Shown here: piece by piece, positions 34,626 through 49,096 of the stretch
Position numbering within the stretch: position 1 is the stretch's first letter
Layout of the letters: each line of letters opens with the position of its first letter
Source of the DNA: Asterias rubens
Lineage: Eukaryota
NCBI RefSeq assembly: GCF_902459465.1
Contig: NC_047066.1
Location: 18,414,001 to 18,478,000, forward strand
Reading direction: 5' to 3'
DNA: 64,000 nt
Program-made: the position numbers and the translations under genes
Notes under the pieces: generated by a model
The model's database searches: none
What the model saw: the letters and a program-made list of their open reading frames with translations, nothing else
What the model was told of the DNA's origin: nothing

Positions 34626-35538
34626 TACATCATCTTATTTACTACCACATCATCCAACCTATTCTTTGAAAATCTCCTGTGAAAAATATTCTAAAATCTT
34701 GGACCTCACCCCTCCACCACTAAGATGTGCACTGGTCCAGTCTAGGATATCCAGGAACGTAACCCCACAGGACATTGTACCTTTGGAGAAATGACTTAAT
34801 TAGTAATTTTGTGCCACCACTAGTTGGCCCTTTCCCTCATTTTAAAGCAAGAAAGCAATATTGACATCTATAGATATTTAACCAATTAAACAAGAATAAA
34901 CTCCCGAAAATATAGTTTTTGGTACATTTTGTGTAACTTAAAATGGCGACGAAAAAAATGTGAACTCACGAATCCTCGGCTTGTGTTAGCAGATCTACTG
35001 TTAACCCGTACTTGTTTTATGTTATATTATAAAGTAACACTCCATGGAGTAAACAAATAAAACAAAACAAATGAAATGAAATTGTTTACATATTATCATG
35101 TATACACATGTCAGATAAACAAACGTGAAATAATGGACGGGAAAATAAATATTATTAATACAAGGCATTACCCAAATTTAAAGCCATAATAGGTTTAAAA
35201 AAACTTTGTGAAACGCCGAAAATATCTATGTATATTGCATCAGAGAGCATAATATGTTACAACAAAATGTTTTCCAGGGGCCCTGCACAGTACTTGCTTT
35301 ATTTTGATGGCCTGGTTTAATTCGTAGTCAAAGCATTTGTGTTTTCTAAATGATGGAACGGCTAATAACAGGTTACAAAAAAAGCAGTCTCAGACCCCTA
35401 ATGTCGGAACAGCTAGTTAAATTGAGCGCAATTTAAACTGCATGGGTGTAAACATGACGAAATTAAAAATCTAGTAGAACGTCACAACATTAGAGGTAAT
35501 TTCTACATCCATGGTCAAAGCATATACAGCACATTATG

Positions 35539-35923
35539 TTAAAGGCAGTGGACACTATTGGTTATTACTCAAAATAATTTTTAGCATAGAAGCTAACTTG
35601 GTAACGAGTAATGGGGAGAGGTTGATAGTATAAAACATTGTGAGAAACAGCTCCCTCTGAAGTGACGTAGTTTTCGAGAAAGAAGTAATTTTCCATGAAT
35701 TTGATTTTGACACCTCAGAATTAGATTTTGAAGTCTCGAAATCAAGCATCTGAAAGCACACAACTTCGTGTGTCAAGGGTGGGTTTTTTCCTTTCATATC
35801 TCGCAACTTCGATGACCAAATTGAGCTCAAATTTTCACAGGTTTATTATTTTATGCATGTGTTTAGATACACTAAGTGAGAAGACTGGTATTTGACAATT
35901 ACCAATAGTGTTCACTTCTTTAA
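35539..35923. mobile_element. Kolobok/T2-like MITE
   Basis: TTAA ends, family TIRs. Confidence 0.8.
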
Positions 35924-37777
35924 CGTTTTCACACGCTTTAAAGACTTCGCGGTTCGCCCCCTGGTTGTCCTAAAACCTTGTTGAAAATGTTGTTTCTAAT
36001 ACACGGCAAGGGTGTGGCACATTGTAACTTTCGTGGACGTAGAGTTTCTTGAACCACCACGGCACCATATCCAGCCTTAAAAGTAAAAGGACTGGATGTC
36101 TATAGAAATTATAGAACTTATACTCTGCAGTTACTTATGCATCGGCATGGACTTGAAAAAGATCAGTTTCATCGGAGTCGTGTCATAACATGTGTTTAAA
36201 ATAAATCCGTAATTCTCGACATCGAGAATTGATATTTTTTTAATGTTTTCTCAAAAAGAAAAGCATTTCATGGAATAATATTTCAAGAGAAGTCTTTCAC
36301 CATTACCTTCTGTAAACCCGGTAAGTTATTTGTAAATCTGTGAACTAAAAAAACAAAATTATGTTCCGAAAGTGTCCAATGGCTTTAAACAATCAAACGG
36401 TTTTAAAAACCGGAGCTCTGGTTTACTTTCCCTCTAACCTATTCATAGTTTCTTTTGACAAATCTCCTCATAAATGTCTCACCCTTTTTACGGGCACATC
36501 TTTTTTTGATGACAGTTTTTTTTTACTTTTGCTTTTCCCTGGACGGCCTCTGCGTTTTTGTTTTTGTTTTTGTTTTGGTATTGTCCGAAGAATAAAAATA
36601 ACATAAAAAATAAACTTCACAAAAACAGATGGAAGATCCACTCACCTCCCAATAAAACGAGTGGAAATCCTACACAATGTAAGAAACCCATCTCAGCAAA
36701 ACCGGCCCAGCCGTCATTCAGTCACTTCGAAAACAATCTTAGAACAAATACGGAGCTACAGTCAAATATTAATATCTAGTGTTTATATTCGAAGAAAACG
36801 TTCATGTGATCATGTGCCGAATTGCAATGTATTATGTAGGCATATCATTGGCTATCAGATCCGTCAACGCGGTGCAATTGATAATCAAAGCACTAATGGC
36901 CAATACTAATTTACATGGTTCAACTGTTTGACGCAACGTTTTCCAGTAGAATTGTGACACTTCAACTCCGCCTACGTGATTAGTTAAAAATTGTTTCTGA
37001 TCTTCAAGCGAACTTGAAAAATTTACTTTGAGTGGTCTATTCATGCAACAAGAGAGTAAAGGCCTGCACAAAAATACTGCTTTGACATCCTTACAAAGAT
37101 TCTGCTTTTTGATTTGGTTTAGAGTGCGTCACATGATAGGCCTAGCTGTCTTATTATTTTTTATTATATAACTGACATACAGATCCTTGTCATTTGATTG
37201 GTGGAACTTACTTCACGTGACATTCACTATTACTCCCATCCGCACCGGCGATCAAAAAGACCTATTCGCCCATGGGAAATAGCATTTCCCATTCAACAGT
37301 TAGGATCATCCTTGTTCCCAATGTTTTTGAGCAGTACAGCGCCGCCGCGCCGCTGCTAAAACAAAGGAGCACCTGTGCAAAAGGTTGTGATCCGATTGCT
37401 ATTAAATGTGTGCATTGTTGCCGCTACGCGGCGCTGTATGATTTTGGTTGGATCTATTATGTCATTTATATAAAACAAATATTGAGTGGCTTTTATTCGT
37501 GGAATGGAAGGAATATTATCGCTCGGTAAAATTTGGACTGTTCCATTTCACGAGGCTGGGCCACTTAATATTTGTATACTATAGAAGGCCGCGCGTTCGC
37601 GACAATCTTCGCGACAAGGTACTATACCCGTAGCATCCGTAATGTCCCATGGCAACCGTTGTACTCTCATGACAACTGATGTACAATAGTGTCAACATTT
37701 GTGTACAATTTTCGACACAGCCGCCCTTTCACAAAATGTACAGAGTGTTTTACCTACTTTTCCTATACTGCAACATA

Positions 37778-38156
37778 TTAAAGGAACACGTTGCCTTGGA
37801 TCGGACGAGTTGGTCTATAAAAAGCGTTTTGTAACCGTTTTTAAAAATGCATTTGATTGGAACGATGTTGTAAAAGTAGAATACAATGATCCACACAACT
37901 TTGCCTCGAAATTGCGTGGTTTTCATTTTACTGCGCGAACTAACACGGTCGGCCATTTATGGGAGTCAAAAATTTGACTCCCATAAATGGCCGACCGTGT
38001 TAGTCGACGAGGTAAAAGGAAAACCGTGCAATTTCGAGGCATGTTTGTGTGGATCATTGTATTCTACTTTTACAACATCTTTCTACCCATGTGCATTTTG
38101 TAACAAACGCTTTTCAAAGACCAACTCGACCGATCCAAGGCAACGTGTTCCTTTAA
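37778..38156. mobile_element. Fully palindromic TTAA-AGG MITE
   Basis: ttaaaggaacacgttgccttggatcgg...ccgatccaaggcaacgtgttcctttaa; arms pair nearly to the centre gggagtcaaaaatttgactccc. Confidence 0.8.
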
Positions 38157-40427
38157 TTCGTAACGACTGAAAGATGGATAAATTTTAACCTGACACTAAT
38201 TGCCAAATGTAACGATCAAGGCTGCTTAAACAAACACGGCAGTCCTACTGGATCTCACTACATACAAGTGTTCTATGTACAAATAAATCACGACAAAAAT
38301 CGAAAAACCAGTTGGTTTTGCACCACTTCGTTCACACACGCCCTCTCGCGGTCAAAACACTGGGAATGGATCATAACTGCGCCCGCAACTTCACTCACAC
38401 GAGAAACATCGCAGGCATAATAACTGTATGGCCAAATTAAACAGGGACATAAACAACTGCAAATCACTTAAGTGAAACTGAGCAATTGTTTTTAGTTCTA
38501 TAAGGGATTCAAGCTACAATATGTAAAGGAAAAGTACACGAGTGTTTTGAGGAAGGCCGAAGGGTATTCATTAATATGCTTTTCCTCCAGTTTTCAATAA
38601 CCGGTACCAAACCAAGAATAACATTCCATCACATTGGTATAGTCACGTTTAGTGTTTTATGGAGTCGTTTGTTTTTAAAGGGAATATGACCATTCTGTAT
38701 TCATTTTTCCCCCGATTATGGCAACCAGCAATATCCTGCCGTGATTTGTGATGTCTTAGGCTTATTGATATCATTTTCTCAACTTTGAACGCATTTCAAG
38801 GTTGATGAATTCTGTATATCGTTGCTTGCCACTCGTTTGAACTTTGCAGTCACTTTCGGATTGAAACTTAATCAACCTCCAATATATCTTAAATGGTCTT
38901 CAACCCTAATAATTAAAAATCTTTATATTTCGAAACCCGTCACCACTTTTAGTATATACTCGAGAAAACAATAAAACCGTAACTTATAGTTACTTAGTTT
39001 ATTTTTGCTGATAAATATTTGCCACATGATTGGCAGTCGATTAAGGGCATTCGTACTTTAATACAAACGGCTTTTAGTGTATTTTTTTAATCAATCGTCA
39101 AGTTCAAGATGTTGACCGTTTTATCCCAAGGCGGATGTTTTCCACATGTGTTTCCATAGCAACTGTAAACAGTTCGGATTAAGTGGGTGAAAGGACATGT
39201 TTTGTGATGAGATTGAGCTTGGAAATGACTTGCCCTAAGAACTTTCGAAGACTCGTTTGGCAGATCAATGACAGACTTTGGGTTGCTGACTGCATTGTTG
39301 CTATAGGAACAGGGTTGAACTTGTGATCGAGCTTGACTAAATTGCAAGCAAGTTCAAATAGCCGTTGGCTTTAATCGCAGCGTTGAAGATTTATTGTTAA
39401 GATTTGTCAGCGTTTCGGTCATTGTAAGGATATCTGTTCTCTGAGATTATGTCCCACATGTGAATTTAACATGGCTCAGGGAGGCTGAGTCAAAAGAGGG
39501 CGCTATCAGAAAAAAAACTTTACCTTAACATTGTTTGCTGCATTGGAGTCGGAATCTCCTGCCATACCGGCCATAACCACTGCCAAAACCACCAATTCAG
39601 CCCCTGCCTTACTGGTAACTGTGGCTTCTATGACTGTATGAACATGTAATGACAGTTTTTAAAGTTGATTATAAAGAATTAGGACAGGAAATCAGGCTTT
39701 TGTTGAAGAGACGAGATATCAATCAGCAATTACTTGCCCCTTGTATTCAGGAAAACGGTGAATACATTAGTCATGTCACAATACTTTCAAACATTTTAAC
39801 GTCAATACTTAAGGCTACTACCGGTTATAATTCGGTTATAATTAATTAATAACACTGCCAATCCTATTTCAATTAACACAACATATTCCCTCCGCGGATT
39901 GATCACGTACATCCGACAACGTAATTGCCTTCTGCATAGAAAGTTACCGGTAGTATGTACACGTTTTCTCCAAGGGGTGCCTGCAACACAAACTGTGATA
40001 ATAATTTATTTCGCCTTGGTGCTTGGTCATACCAAGGAAAGTGTCAAGGAAGCCCTCTGAGTGACTCAGTGTATCAACACTTGTGTCCGTGCTTCGGTTA
40101 TTTAGTAGAGCGATTTGCCTGATCCTTGAAATTTGTGTAGATTTGCTGAAAACTCTTGTATTTGGGGCATCAACTGTTCCTTGATGTATGGTCAAACTTT
40201 TGCACGTTGAATGTAATGAAAGAACACGAGCACAAGAGGGGGCAATTTGTCCACAGACGACGCATGGGGCGGTCGAGCTCAGCGTTCTCCGGGTTCTATA
40301 GGTTTTTAAGCTCGGAGTGGGATAAAACCTCTTAAAATAATGTGCAACGTGATTAATTGAAACTGTTGACAGGGTCTAATTTCCAGAGGATGCCATCACT
40401 CAGTTTCAACTTTGTTTTTCGTTTACT

Positions 40428-40799
40428 TTAAAGGCACTGAACACGTTTGGTAATTGCCAAAGACCAGTCTTCTCACTTGGTGTATCCCAACATAAGCATA
40501 AAATAACAACATTTGAGCTCAACTGGTCATCGAAATTGCCAGAAAATTATGAAAGAAAAAAAAAACACCCTTGTTGGACCCTTGTTGTGTGCTTTCAGAT
40601 AGGAATAAAAGACTTCTAGCTCCAAGTATTTTATTATTTTAGTGAGAAATTACCTCTTTCTCAAAAAGTGCGTTACTTCAGAGGGAGTCGTGTCCCACAA
40701 TGTTTTATAATATCAACAATTCTCCAATGCTCGTTACCAAGTCAGTTTTTAAGTTAATAATTGTTTTGAGTAATTACCAAACGTGTACCTTCCCTTTAA
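40428..40799. mobile_element. Kolobok/T2-like MITE
   Basis: TTAA ends. Confidence 0.75.
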
Positions 40800-41126
40800 C
40801 GATTTTGGACGCCCTGTTTGTAGATCCTTGCCAAGACATGCATCATTACCCATACAAATCACGAATCCCTATATAAGTCATCATAATTCAAAGCCAAGTG
40901 CAGAACTGATCGATGCCCTTGGCTTGATTAAGCTTCATGCACTGCTGCTCAAGAACCGAGCTCTACTACATCCTTGAGAAGGCCGTCCAATGTGGCCTTA
41001 AATAGTGGTCACAGTTGTATACCTTATAAGGTATTGCTCAAGACATGCCTATTTCCACATGATTGTTTTTTTCTTTTTTAAGGATTTTCTCAAAATCACC
41101 TTGAGCCTTCACATTCCTTGAAAGAA

Positions 41127-41513
41127 TTAAAGGCAGTGGACACTATTGGTAATTACTCAAAATAATTATTAGCATAAAACCTTTCTTGGTGACGAGTAAT
41201 GGGGAGAGGTTGATGGTATAACACATTGTGAGAAACGGCTCCCTCTGAAGTGCAATAGTTTTCGAGAAAGGAGTAATTTTCCACGAATTTGATTTCGAGA
41301 CCTCAGATTTAGAACTTGAGGTCTCGAAATTAACCATCTAAACGCATACAACTTCGTGTGACAAGGGTGTTTTCTTCTTTCATTATTATCTCGCAACTTT
41401 GATGACCGATTGAGCTCAAATTTTCACAGGTTAGTTATTTTCTGCATATGTTGAGATACACCAGCTGTGAAGGCTAGTCTTTGACAATTACCAATAGTGT
41501 CCAGTGCCTTTAA
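41127..41513. mobile_element. Kolobok/T2-like MITE
   Basis: TTAA ends; close to family consensus. A further degenerate copy lies at about 41680-42022. Confidence 0.8.
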
Positions 41514-42495
41514 AGCAGTAGCCCTACAGGGAGAAAAAAATAGTCCACAGTGTGTTCAAATAATTGTAGTTTTGTCTTTCAGATGATGCACGTATATAGT
41601 CCGTAAACCTCCCGAATAATATAAAATCTGAGAGGTTCTAGGTCTAGAACCAAGGTCTGCAAAACATTTTCCAGATAATTTGACACTCGTGTGGTAATTA
41701 CTCAAAATAATTGTGAGCATAAAAACTTACTTGGTAATAGAATACTGTTGATAGTATAACACATTGAAAAAGTGGTAATTAATTCTCACTCAAATAATAA
41801 TGATTCAGCTGAGGTATTATATTCTGCATCTGAAAACACAGTCACAAATTTGTGCAACAATTGTGTTTTTCTTCCATTATTCTCTTGCAACTTCGATGAC
41901 CAATTCAGCCCATACTGTCACAGGTTTGACAATTTTTGTATCATGCATAATGCTGGGATACATCAAGTGAGATTCGAGAATACTGGTCTTTCACAACTAT
42001 ACCAAACGTGTAAGGTGCCCTAAGGAGTAAGCTTATGGTCTGACACTACTTTGGACATATATCATAGGGCCTTGCAACTGTCATTGACATTTTTCTGATC
42101 TTTTAGAACCTCACGAATACACGTTATGGGCCGATCTTCTAATCCGCATAAGACATTTCTCTCAGCAAAAGGGCCCCGCGCCTTGCCCCGGGTCCTAAAA
42201 ATGCCCACAGACTTAATTTAGTACGTTAAGAAAACTTAAGCACCTTCCCTTTCCTGTGGACAGCTCGATGCAGACGCTCTCTATACATCATTCGCTTCCG
42301 CCAATCAAGATTAGTCATAGTGCCTGTAAATTTTCCTGAAGCACTTTCGGTGGTTATCATACTGAGGGAGATATAGAGCTGTCATAATAACAGGAATTTA
42401 AAACTCGACTTGAACTCGGCATAGTTTTGCTTTTATGACCATCGTTTTTTTTTATAGACAGATGTCTTACTGTTCAAATAGGAGTTAGTGCCCTG

Positions 42496-42973
42496 CCGTC
42501 GATATCACAAAACTTAGGATTAATCTTAGGCAGTGGATACTATTGGTAATTACCCAAAATAATTATTAGCATAAAACCTTTCTTGGTAACGAGCAATGGG
42601 GAGAGGTTGATATTATAAAACATTGTGAGAAACGGCTCCCTCTGAAGTGGAGTACTTTTCGAGAAAGAAGTAATTTCCACGAATTTGATTTCGAGACCTC
42701 AAGTTTAGAATTTGAGGTCCCGAAATCAAGCATCTGAAAGCACACAACTTCGTTTGACAAGGGTGTTTTTTCTTTCATAGTTATCTGGCAACTCCGACGA
42801 CCAATCGAGCTCAAATTTTCACAGGTTTGTTATTTTTTTGACATATACCAATAGTGTCCACTGGCTTTAAGTTCCATAACCATAGCTGTTAGAACGCATT
42901 GAACTCGTCCTAAGTTAGGACGAGCAATACTCGTCCTAATGCGATATATAATCCTGGCGTTTCGTGAAATAGG
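42496..42973. mobile_element. CTG-flanked MITE with a nested Kolobok-like MITE (42526-42870)
   Basis: ctg|ccgtcgatatcac...gtgaaatagg|ctg interrupted by the main family. Confidence 0.7.
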
Positions 42974-43928
42974 CTGATGGTATTTGAAAGGCTTTTCCCC
43001 ACAAAATTGTATCTGGTACTTACTGGACCCTGCATCAGATAATGAGCTATGTTCTGTATTTCGGCAAAATTTTTGTTCCAAACATTCATAACTTTTTTTT
43101 AATACAGCCTTAAAATAATTTCAAATAAAAGTAGTATTTAGTGTGGCCGAGTTCATTACAATGTTCTTTTTTACGGTACTTTATTCTTCAAATTTCCTTA
43201 CTAATGTAAGAATAAAATTAGTATGGAATTCATGGACAACACGTGATTTAAAGTTTTAATTACAAAAACGGCTATGCCCAAACAGGATATAGGTCGGATT
43301 TTTAAATGGGTGCTTTTTTATTACAAACAATTTAATTCCGAAGATGCTTTCAGGTAAACCGAGACAAAATTTCATCCAAAAAATTTCCGGTATAACTATA
43401 TAATTTTTCTAAATGTTTGCTCTTATATTAAAAATCAAATGTTGACCCAAATAGACCCTCCTCTTCAACAAACTACGGTTTATAATTAACAATTAAAAAA
43501 TTCATTCTAAAGATAACGGTTACAAAGATCATAGCTTGAACCTTATTATCACATCTGTTCAATATTACGAAATTAAGTCGGAATTTCTTTGAGCGTCTAA
43601 CCTTCACTACTCCGTATTTTGTCATCAACACTCATGGACAGCGGCAATGCTGTAGTCGTCAACCTTCGTTGCATAATATCATTTTTACAAACATCTATAA
43701 ATTTGTTTTTCTTCTGTGGCCTCTAATGTCAGGTTCTATCGACTTGATTGATGGGGAGCGCATTGCATTTTTGACGGACGGCGCTTTGCTTCATCATCTG
43801 TCCCAAAAAGCAATAAGTTTGAAATGCTTCATGAAATATTAAAAACGGACGGACTCGCTAGTTTCAGCCCAATCACTTTGCGAATACACAGTTGAATTGT
43901 TCTCTATACAAATGCAGCACAAATGCAT

Positions 43929-44289
43929 TTAAAGGCACTGAACACCTTTGATTATTGTCAAAGACCAGTGTTCTCACTTGGTGTATCCCTATGCAGAAAA
44001 TAACAAACATGTGAAAAAAAAAATGGGCTCGATTGGTCGTCGAACTTGCAAGAGTAGGCTACCATGAAAGAAAAAATCACCCTTGTCGCACAAATTTTTG
44101 TTCTTTCTAAGGTGCATATTAAAAGGCTTCAAGCCTGAAATCTTTCATTATTTGAGTGAGCAAAATTACCTTATTCTAAAAAACTATTTTACTTCAGGGA
44201 GAAATGTTTTAAACTACCGGCAGCTCTCCATTGCCCGTTACCAAGTAAGTTTATATTGCTAACAATACCTAACGTGTCATGTGCCTTAA
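43929..44289. mobile_element. Kolobok/T2-like MITE, diverged
   Basis: TTAA-AGG start, family body. Confidence 0.65.
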
Positions 44290-45254
44290 ACATAAAATAT
44301 TCAGCAGACAGAATAAAACATGTTTTCTTTTTATATGCGTAATTAGTCAAAGAGGCAAACCCCTATTATCTATTGTATGGGAGTACATCTTCAAGGAAGG
44401 AAACATTAATAATGATTTATGCTTGGATAGGGATGGTGAGACCGTAAAGCATTCTAGAATAGCTGTAATGTAATGTAATGTAATTAAATGAATGTATATT
44501 CCAGAGTTAGACTGTGAATCGGCAAGGTCCTATGTGCGGCGGCATAAAGAGGGACATGGAAGCTTTCACCGTCAAGCTTTGGGAGAAACAATTCAACAGG
44601 AAAGTACTTTCTTGATTGCCTGATATACTTTCTTGATTGCATTTAGACCCTGTACGATGGTTTGGTGAAAGTCCCTTTGCATACCATAGCCTCGGGTAGT
44701 CGTGTTCTGTTGCATGTGTTGGTGCCCCGATATCGACCTTTTAGTTTTTCATCTGTCTGGACTTTTTAAAAGGACATCAATATTGATTTTGTAGACAAAT
44801 TGAATGTTTTCAATTAGCCAAACCAACTGGGTCCCTTTTGTGAAATTCCTCAAAGTGCGTTTACATGATCTTCCCATCAAGGGAACTCCCACCAGCAGGG
44901 GATATAAACGCTAAGCTGGCAATTCAGCCAATCTATCTCATCCTATGTTTATGCATTGCATGCACATTGTCTAGACGATAGTCATTGTGAAATCAGTGAT
45001 TTACTAGGTAGGATTCGAACCCACAACCTTGTGTTGCAAGTCATGTCGTCTTCTTTTTCTTGTATGGCCGTGCAGCTGCATCTATGCGTGATACTATACC
45101 CATATTCTTAGGATGTTTTTTTCTTCAGACAAAAACATGATTAAGTATCTAATAATACATAATTTGCAGATAATTGACAGGTAAAACATGGTCTAATGTG
45201 TTGCAAAATCTATGTAATGAGTTGCCGGATGACAACTAAGATCTTCCAGGTGCT

Positions 45255-45594
45255 TTAAAGATGCTATGTCAGATTTTTGGCCGATTTGACCCCAACAATT
45301 TGGTTTAAAATTTGATTTAAAATTCAATAGATATTTTGATGGGTGTCGAGAAAGTTACAAACTTTCATTTGAGCCATTGCTCGAAAAAGTCCGCCGATTA
45401 TTAGTAGCAGTGAAATAAAGTGCTCAAAATTAGTATTTGTCGGCATCCCGACAATATATCACGTGACCAATTCTTATAAGTTTTATAAGAAACGTTTTAA
45501 ATTCCTGTCATGGTTCCTGACCATTAAAAGTAAAATTCACTCAAAAAATCTATTTTTTAATGTTTGGGGCAAAAAATCTGACATAGCATCTTAA
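45255..45594. mobile_element. TTAA-AG MITE, third family
   Basis: TIR agatgctatgtcagatttttg. Confidence 0.7.
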
Positions 45595-45853
45595 AGACAA
45601 AACCTTCATAAGTAAATTTTTGCCGTAATACTGAACTCGATTGGCCTTTACCGTCCTTGCCTTTAATAATTGAAGGTTTTGCCTTAGATCATTTTAATCC
45701 CATGATAATGAAGGCAGGTAATTGTGCGTGAAGGACTGTAGGGCCTACTGTATTTCGAGATTCACTGTTTACCTGCAATGAACAATCGGTATTTTTGGTA
45801 TGGCAGGAGATTCTGTCCACCATTCTGTCCACCAAGGCGAATTGATGTACAAA

Positions 45854-46003
45854 GGGTGCGTTCGTTTAGCTTCCCTGGGTCGACCCCGGTGTGTGGTGGG
45901 GTTTTTTCCCAGGACGAACGTGGGTAATTATCTGCACACGTTAGTCCTGGAAAAAAACCGACACACACCGGGGTCGACCCAGGGAAGCTAAACGAACGCA
46001 CCC
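45854..46003. mobile_element. PIF/Harbinger-like MITE
   Basis: Same family as 20955; 3-bp TSD aaa. Confidence 0.75.
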
Positions 46004-46769
46004 AAACACTACTTCTCAAAGCGCCCTCTTTTGAATCCTCCACGAATCCCGAAAGTATGCATACATTATTATAAATACACTTGTACTATGGCATCAGTCC
46101 TCCGGTGTTTCGTTAGAACTGTATAACACCCTTCCGACCACAACCGTTGTAAATAAAAGTCCCAAAATAACACCAAAGAAGAAGTAATGTTCCCTTCTAG
46201 CCTCTCCAGGTGAAAGAAATGCAATTATAGATGACATGGTAACATTACTTGTAAGTTGTGATGTAGGCGTGTCGAACAGGCTGAAACAATATGCAACAGC
46301 CAATTTCACACTAACAATCAAATCAGGGAGACCTTGTGAACTTCATTTCATAACGTCTCTACATGTGTTAACATCGCTCAAGGTTTAGGCAAAAAATATT
46401 TGCACATCTCAAGTATACCACAATCCAAAGTACAACATTCCTTCTGCATTATTTACAAACACGCAATTCAAACTACCGTGCTTTCAATTATTCCCAGTTT
46501 TCAAATTGATGTCAAAGGCCAAATTCAGCCGTGCCAATCATGGAAATCAGGAAACAGAATTTTCTGTTTTTCTTAGTTCCCAACAGAAATTAGATTACTT
46601 GTGGGAAATTCTTCAAATGCATGCTCGAATGAGGAATGCTTTAACTAGCAAAAGCCGATTGACAACTTGACCCTTCTGGGAAGAAATAAAAGTCCATTCG
46701 TTCTGTCAACAAAGTCGTTGCAAAAAGCCAGATGTTGGAAAGACTTTTTCCATATAACAGTAGTAGTTG

Positions 46770-47012
46770 AGCGAGAGGTTGTCTTCAGCCGACACCATCG
46801 GGAATCTCTGATCGATCGCCTTCCACGCATCCCGGTCCCAGCATCAGCGTCCTAAGCTCAGTTGTTTCTTGTTGTGGTTCGTCCTTGTTCAGCTGATCTC
46901 TGAATGTTAGTTTCCTCCTGCCCTTGCTCCTGTTTTCATTGATGGGTTCCAAAAGAACTAGGGGCTCATACAGCTAGCTCTGGGTGGCGGACACAGTGAC
47001 CAGCCAGCCTTT
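46770..47012 (-). mobile_element. 5-prime-truncated RTE/RTE-X-like LINE, ORF C-terminus
   Basis: Frameshifted RLAGHCVRHPE...LVLLEP...RSKGRRKLTFRDQL...ELRTLML-DRDAWKAI. Confidence 0.7.
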
Positions 47013-47292
47013 CCATAAAATTCTTCCATATTTTCAGAACAATAACAGTTGTGATTCCGGCCTGTATGGTATGCGAACCTATGGGGCCTAAAGTTTGTCA
47101 TCTCCAGTTGAATACAAAGTAATTGAAACTCCACATGTTGAATTTTTCGAAAAATATAACTACTTGTTATTTGCTGTGCACTTTACACGGTCATGGGTCA
47201 GATTGACCCGGATTCTGGGTTCCGTTGGGTCTGACCCATTTCTGGGTCAGGCTTACCCTTCTCAGGGTCAGGCTGACCTGCAAGCGTATTTT

Positions 47293-47404
47293 TTTCCCAG
47301 GACAGATGAGGCCACTTACCATAAATGGGCGCATGCTAAGTTCCTCATCTGTCAGACCCGAAAGTAGGTAAACACGCCCAAGTGGCCTCATCTGTCCTGG
47401 AAAA
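47293..47404. mobile_element. Small TIR element
   Basis: caggacagatgaggccactt paired with aagtggcctcatctgtcctg. Confidence 0.65.
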
Positions 47405-47514
47405 CAAAATACGCGACCCGAAATGTATGTGATATACTCCATGTCACTACTGGGTTTTCATAATTGTAGCGACCAGGCTTTGCTATTTCCATTGTTTTAA
47501 ATTTGAAACTTCGC

Positions 47515-47557
47515 TGGTTCTGGTTCTGGTTCTGGTTCTTGTTCCGGTTCCGGTTCC
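47515..47557. repeat. (GGTTCT/GGTTCC)n microsatellite
   Basis: Directly visible. Confidence 0.85.
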
Positions 47558-47736
47558 ATGGAGTGACACACGTTTGATGGCCCGCCGATGTCACTAGTTG
47601 TTACCATTCAAGTGGAGAAATCAGACTGATGACACTATCTTTCCTGTTGTTAATGTTCAAAACGAATCTTGCAGATCGCCGTTGAACCCCTTCCATATGA
47701 ATAAGTAGTTATTTTGGTAAATAAATCACTAACCTG

Positions 47737-47903
47737 CCGTCGATTTCACAAAACTCTTCCTAACTTAAGAAATAATCTTAGGACTTAAGCCAAGTCCCAA
47801 CCCTGCACTGTAGCATGCAGACCTTAAGATTATCCTAAGTTAGGACGATTTACTCGTTCTAACTCGAGATAATACGAGTCCCAACTCTTTGTGAAATCGA
47901 CCC
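47737..47903. mobile_element. CTG-flanked MITE
   Basis: ctg|ccgtcgatttcac...gtgaaatcgaccc|ctg. Confidence 0.7.
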
Positions 47904-48723
47904 CTGGGGTGTATACCGCTGTGTATCATCAGTTGGAAGATCATCCGCCCGGAGTGTCAGGGGTCTTGGGTTCAAATCCCAAGTGAGGACATTTGCTTGT
48001 TCTCTCATCCCATGTTTTTTTTCTTCTTCCAGTTCTATTTTGATTAGGTACCATACCAAAATATCGAGTGTTACTCACTTAAAAAGTACATCATGTCTTT
48101 AACAAACACTTCTGCAGTCACAGCGGGATTATAAAAGAATGTCCAACTGCTGGCATTTGAATTACTTAGATGATCAATCGATGGATATGCCACTGTTAAA
48201 TAGAGCAGCAACAATTCATAGAACCATAGAAACATTTGACTTTTTATATCAACTTGCCTAGTCACGATTTGCTGAAAGATGCTGACACCATTCTTATTCT
48301 GCTCATGTAGTGATGCGTAACGTTGTTCGGATATGAGTAAATTGAAGCATTACTATAGCAATGCATTTGTTTTCAGCATATAATGTTAATTGGTTTTAAA
48401 CGCATGCACCCAAACCAATTAATATCTTTTATTTTCACGGCGACTTACCAGGCAGGAAATTACCATTACAAAATAAGTAAACGTTACATGTATTAACAAG
48501 TTTCTAATTTGGTAATAGTGCACTTATTAAAAAACACAGGTATTGAAGTGTAATAATATTTTATTAATAATAATTATGTTTTCAGTTTATTCTCATACAC
48601 GGTAATTATGAAGCTGGTACCCGTACATTTATGAGTGATGAAGCTGTCAGGTAGACCGACAACTTCATAATATTTCCAAAGTTGTGGGGAAACATAGTTT
48701 GATGTGACTTGCATAACACAACA

Positions 48724-49096
48724 TTAAAGGGAAGGTACACGTTTGGTAATTGTCAAAGACCAGTCTCCTCACTTGGTGTATCTCAACATATGCACAAAAT
48801 GATAAACCTATGAAAATTTGGGCTCAATCGGTCATCGAGGTTGCGAGAAAATTATGAAAGAAAAACACCCTTGTTGCACGAATATGGATCAATCAGGTAG
48901 GACTAAAAGACTTCTAGCTAGAAGTCTTTTATTATTTTAGTGAGAAATTACCTCTTTCTCAAAAACTACGTTACTTCAGAGGGAGTTGCGTCCCAAAATG
49001 TTTTATACTATTAACAGCTCTCCAATGCTCGTTACCAAGTCAGTTTTTAAGTTAATATTTGTTTTGAGGAACTACCAAACGTGTACCTTCCCTTTA
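48724..49096. mobile_element. Kolobok/T2-like MITE
   Basis: TTAA-AGG start, family body. Confidence 0.75.

Noticed and set aside
37640-37660. RFX X-box-like gtcccatggcaac (also catggcaac near 9600)
   Set aside because: Short motif with no associated first exon; expected by chance.
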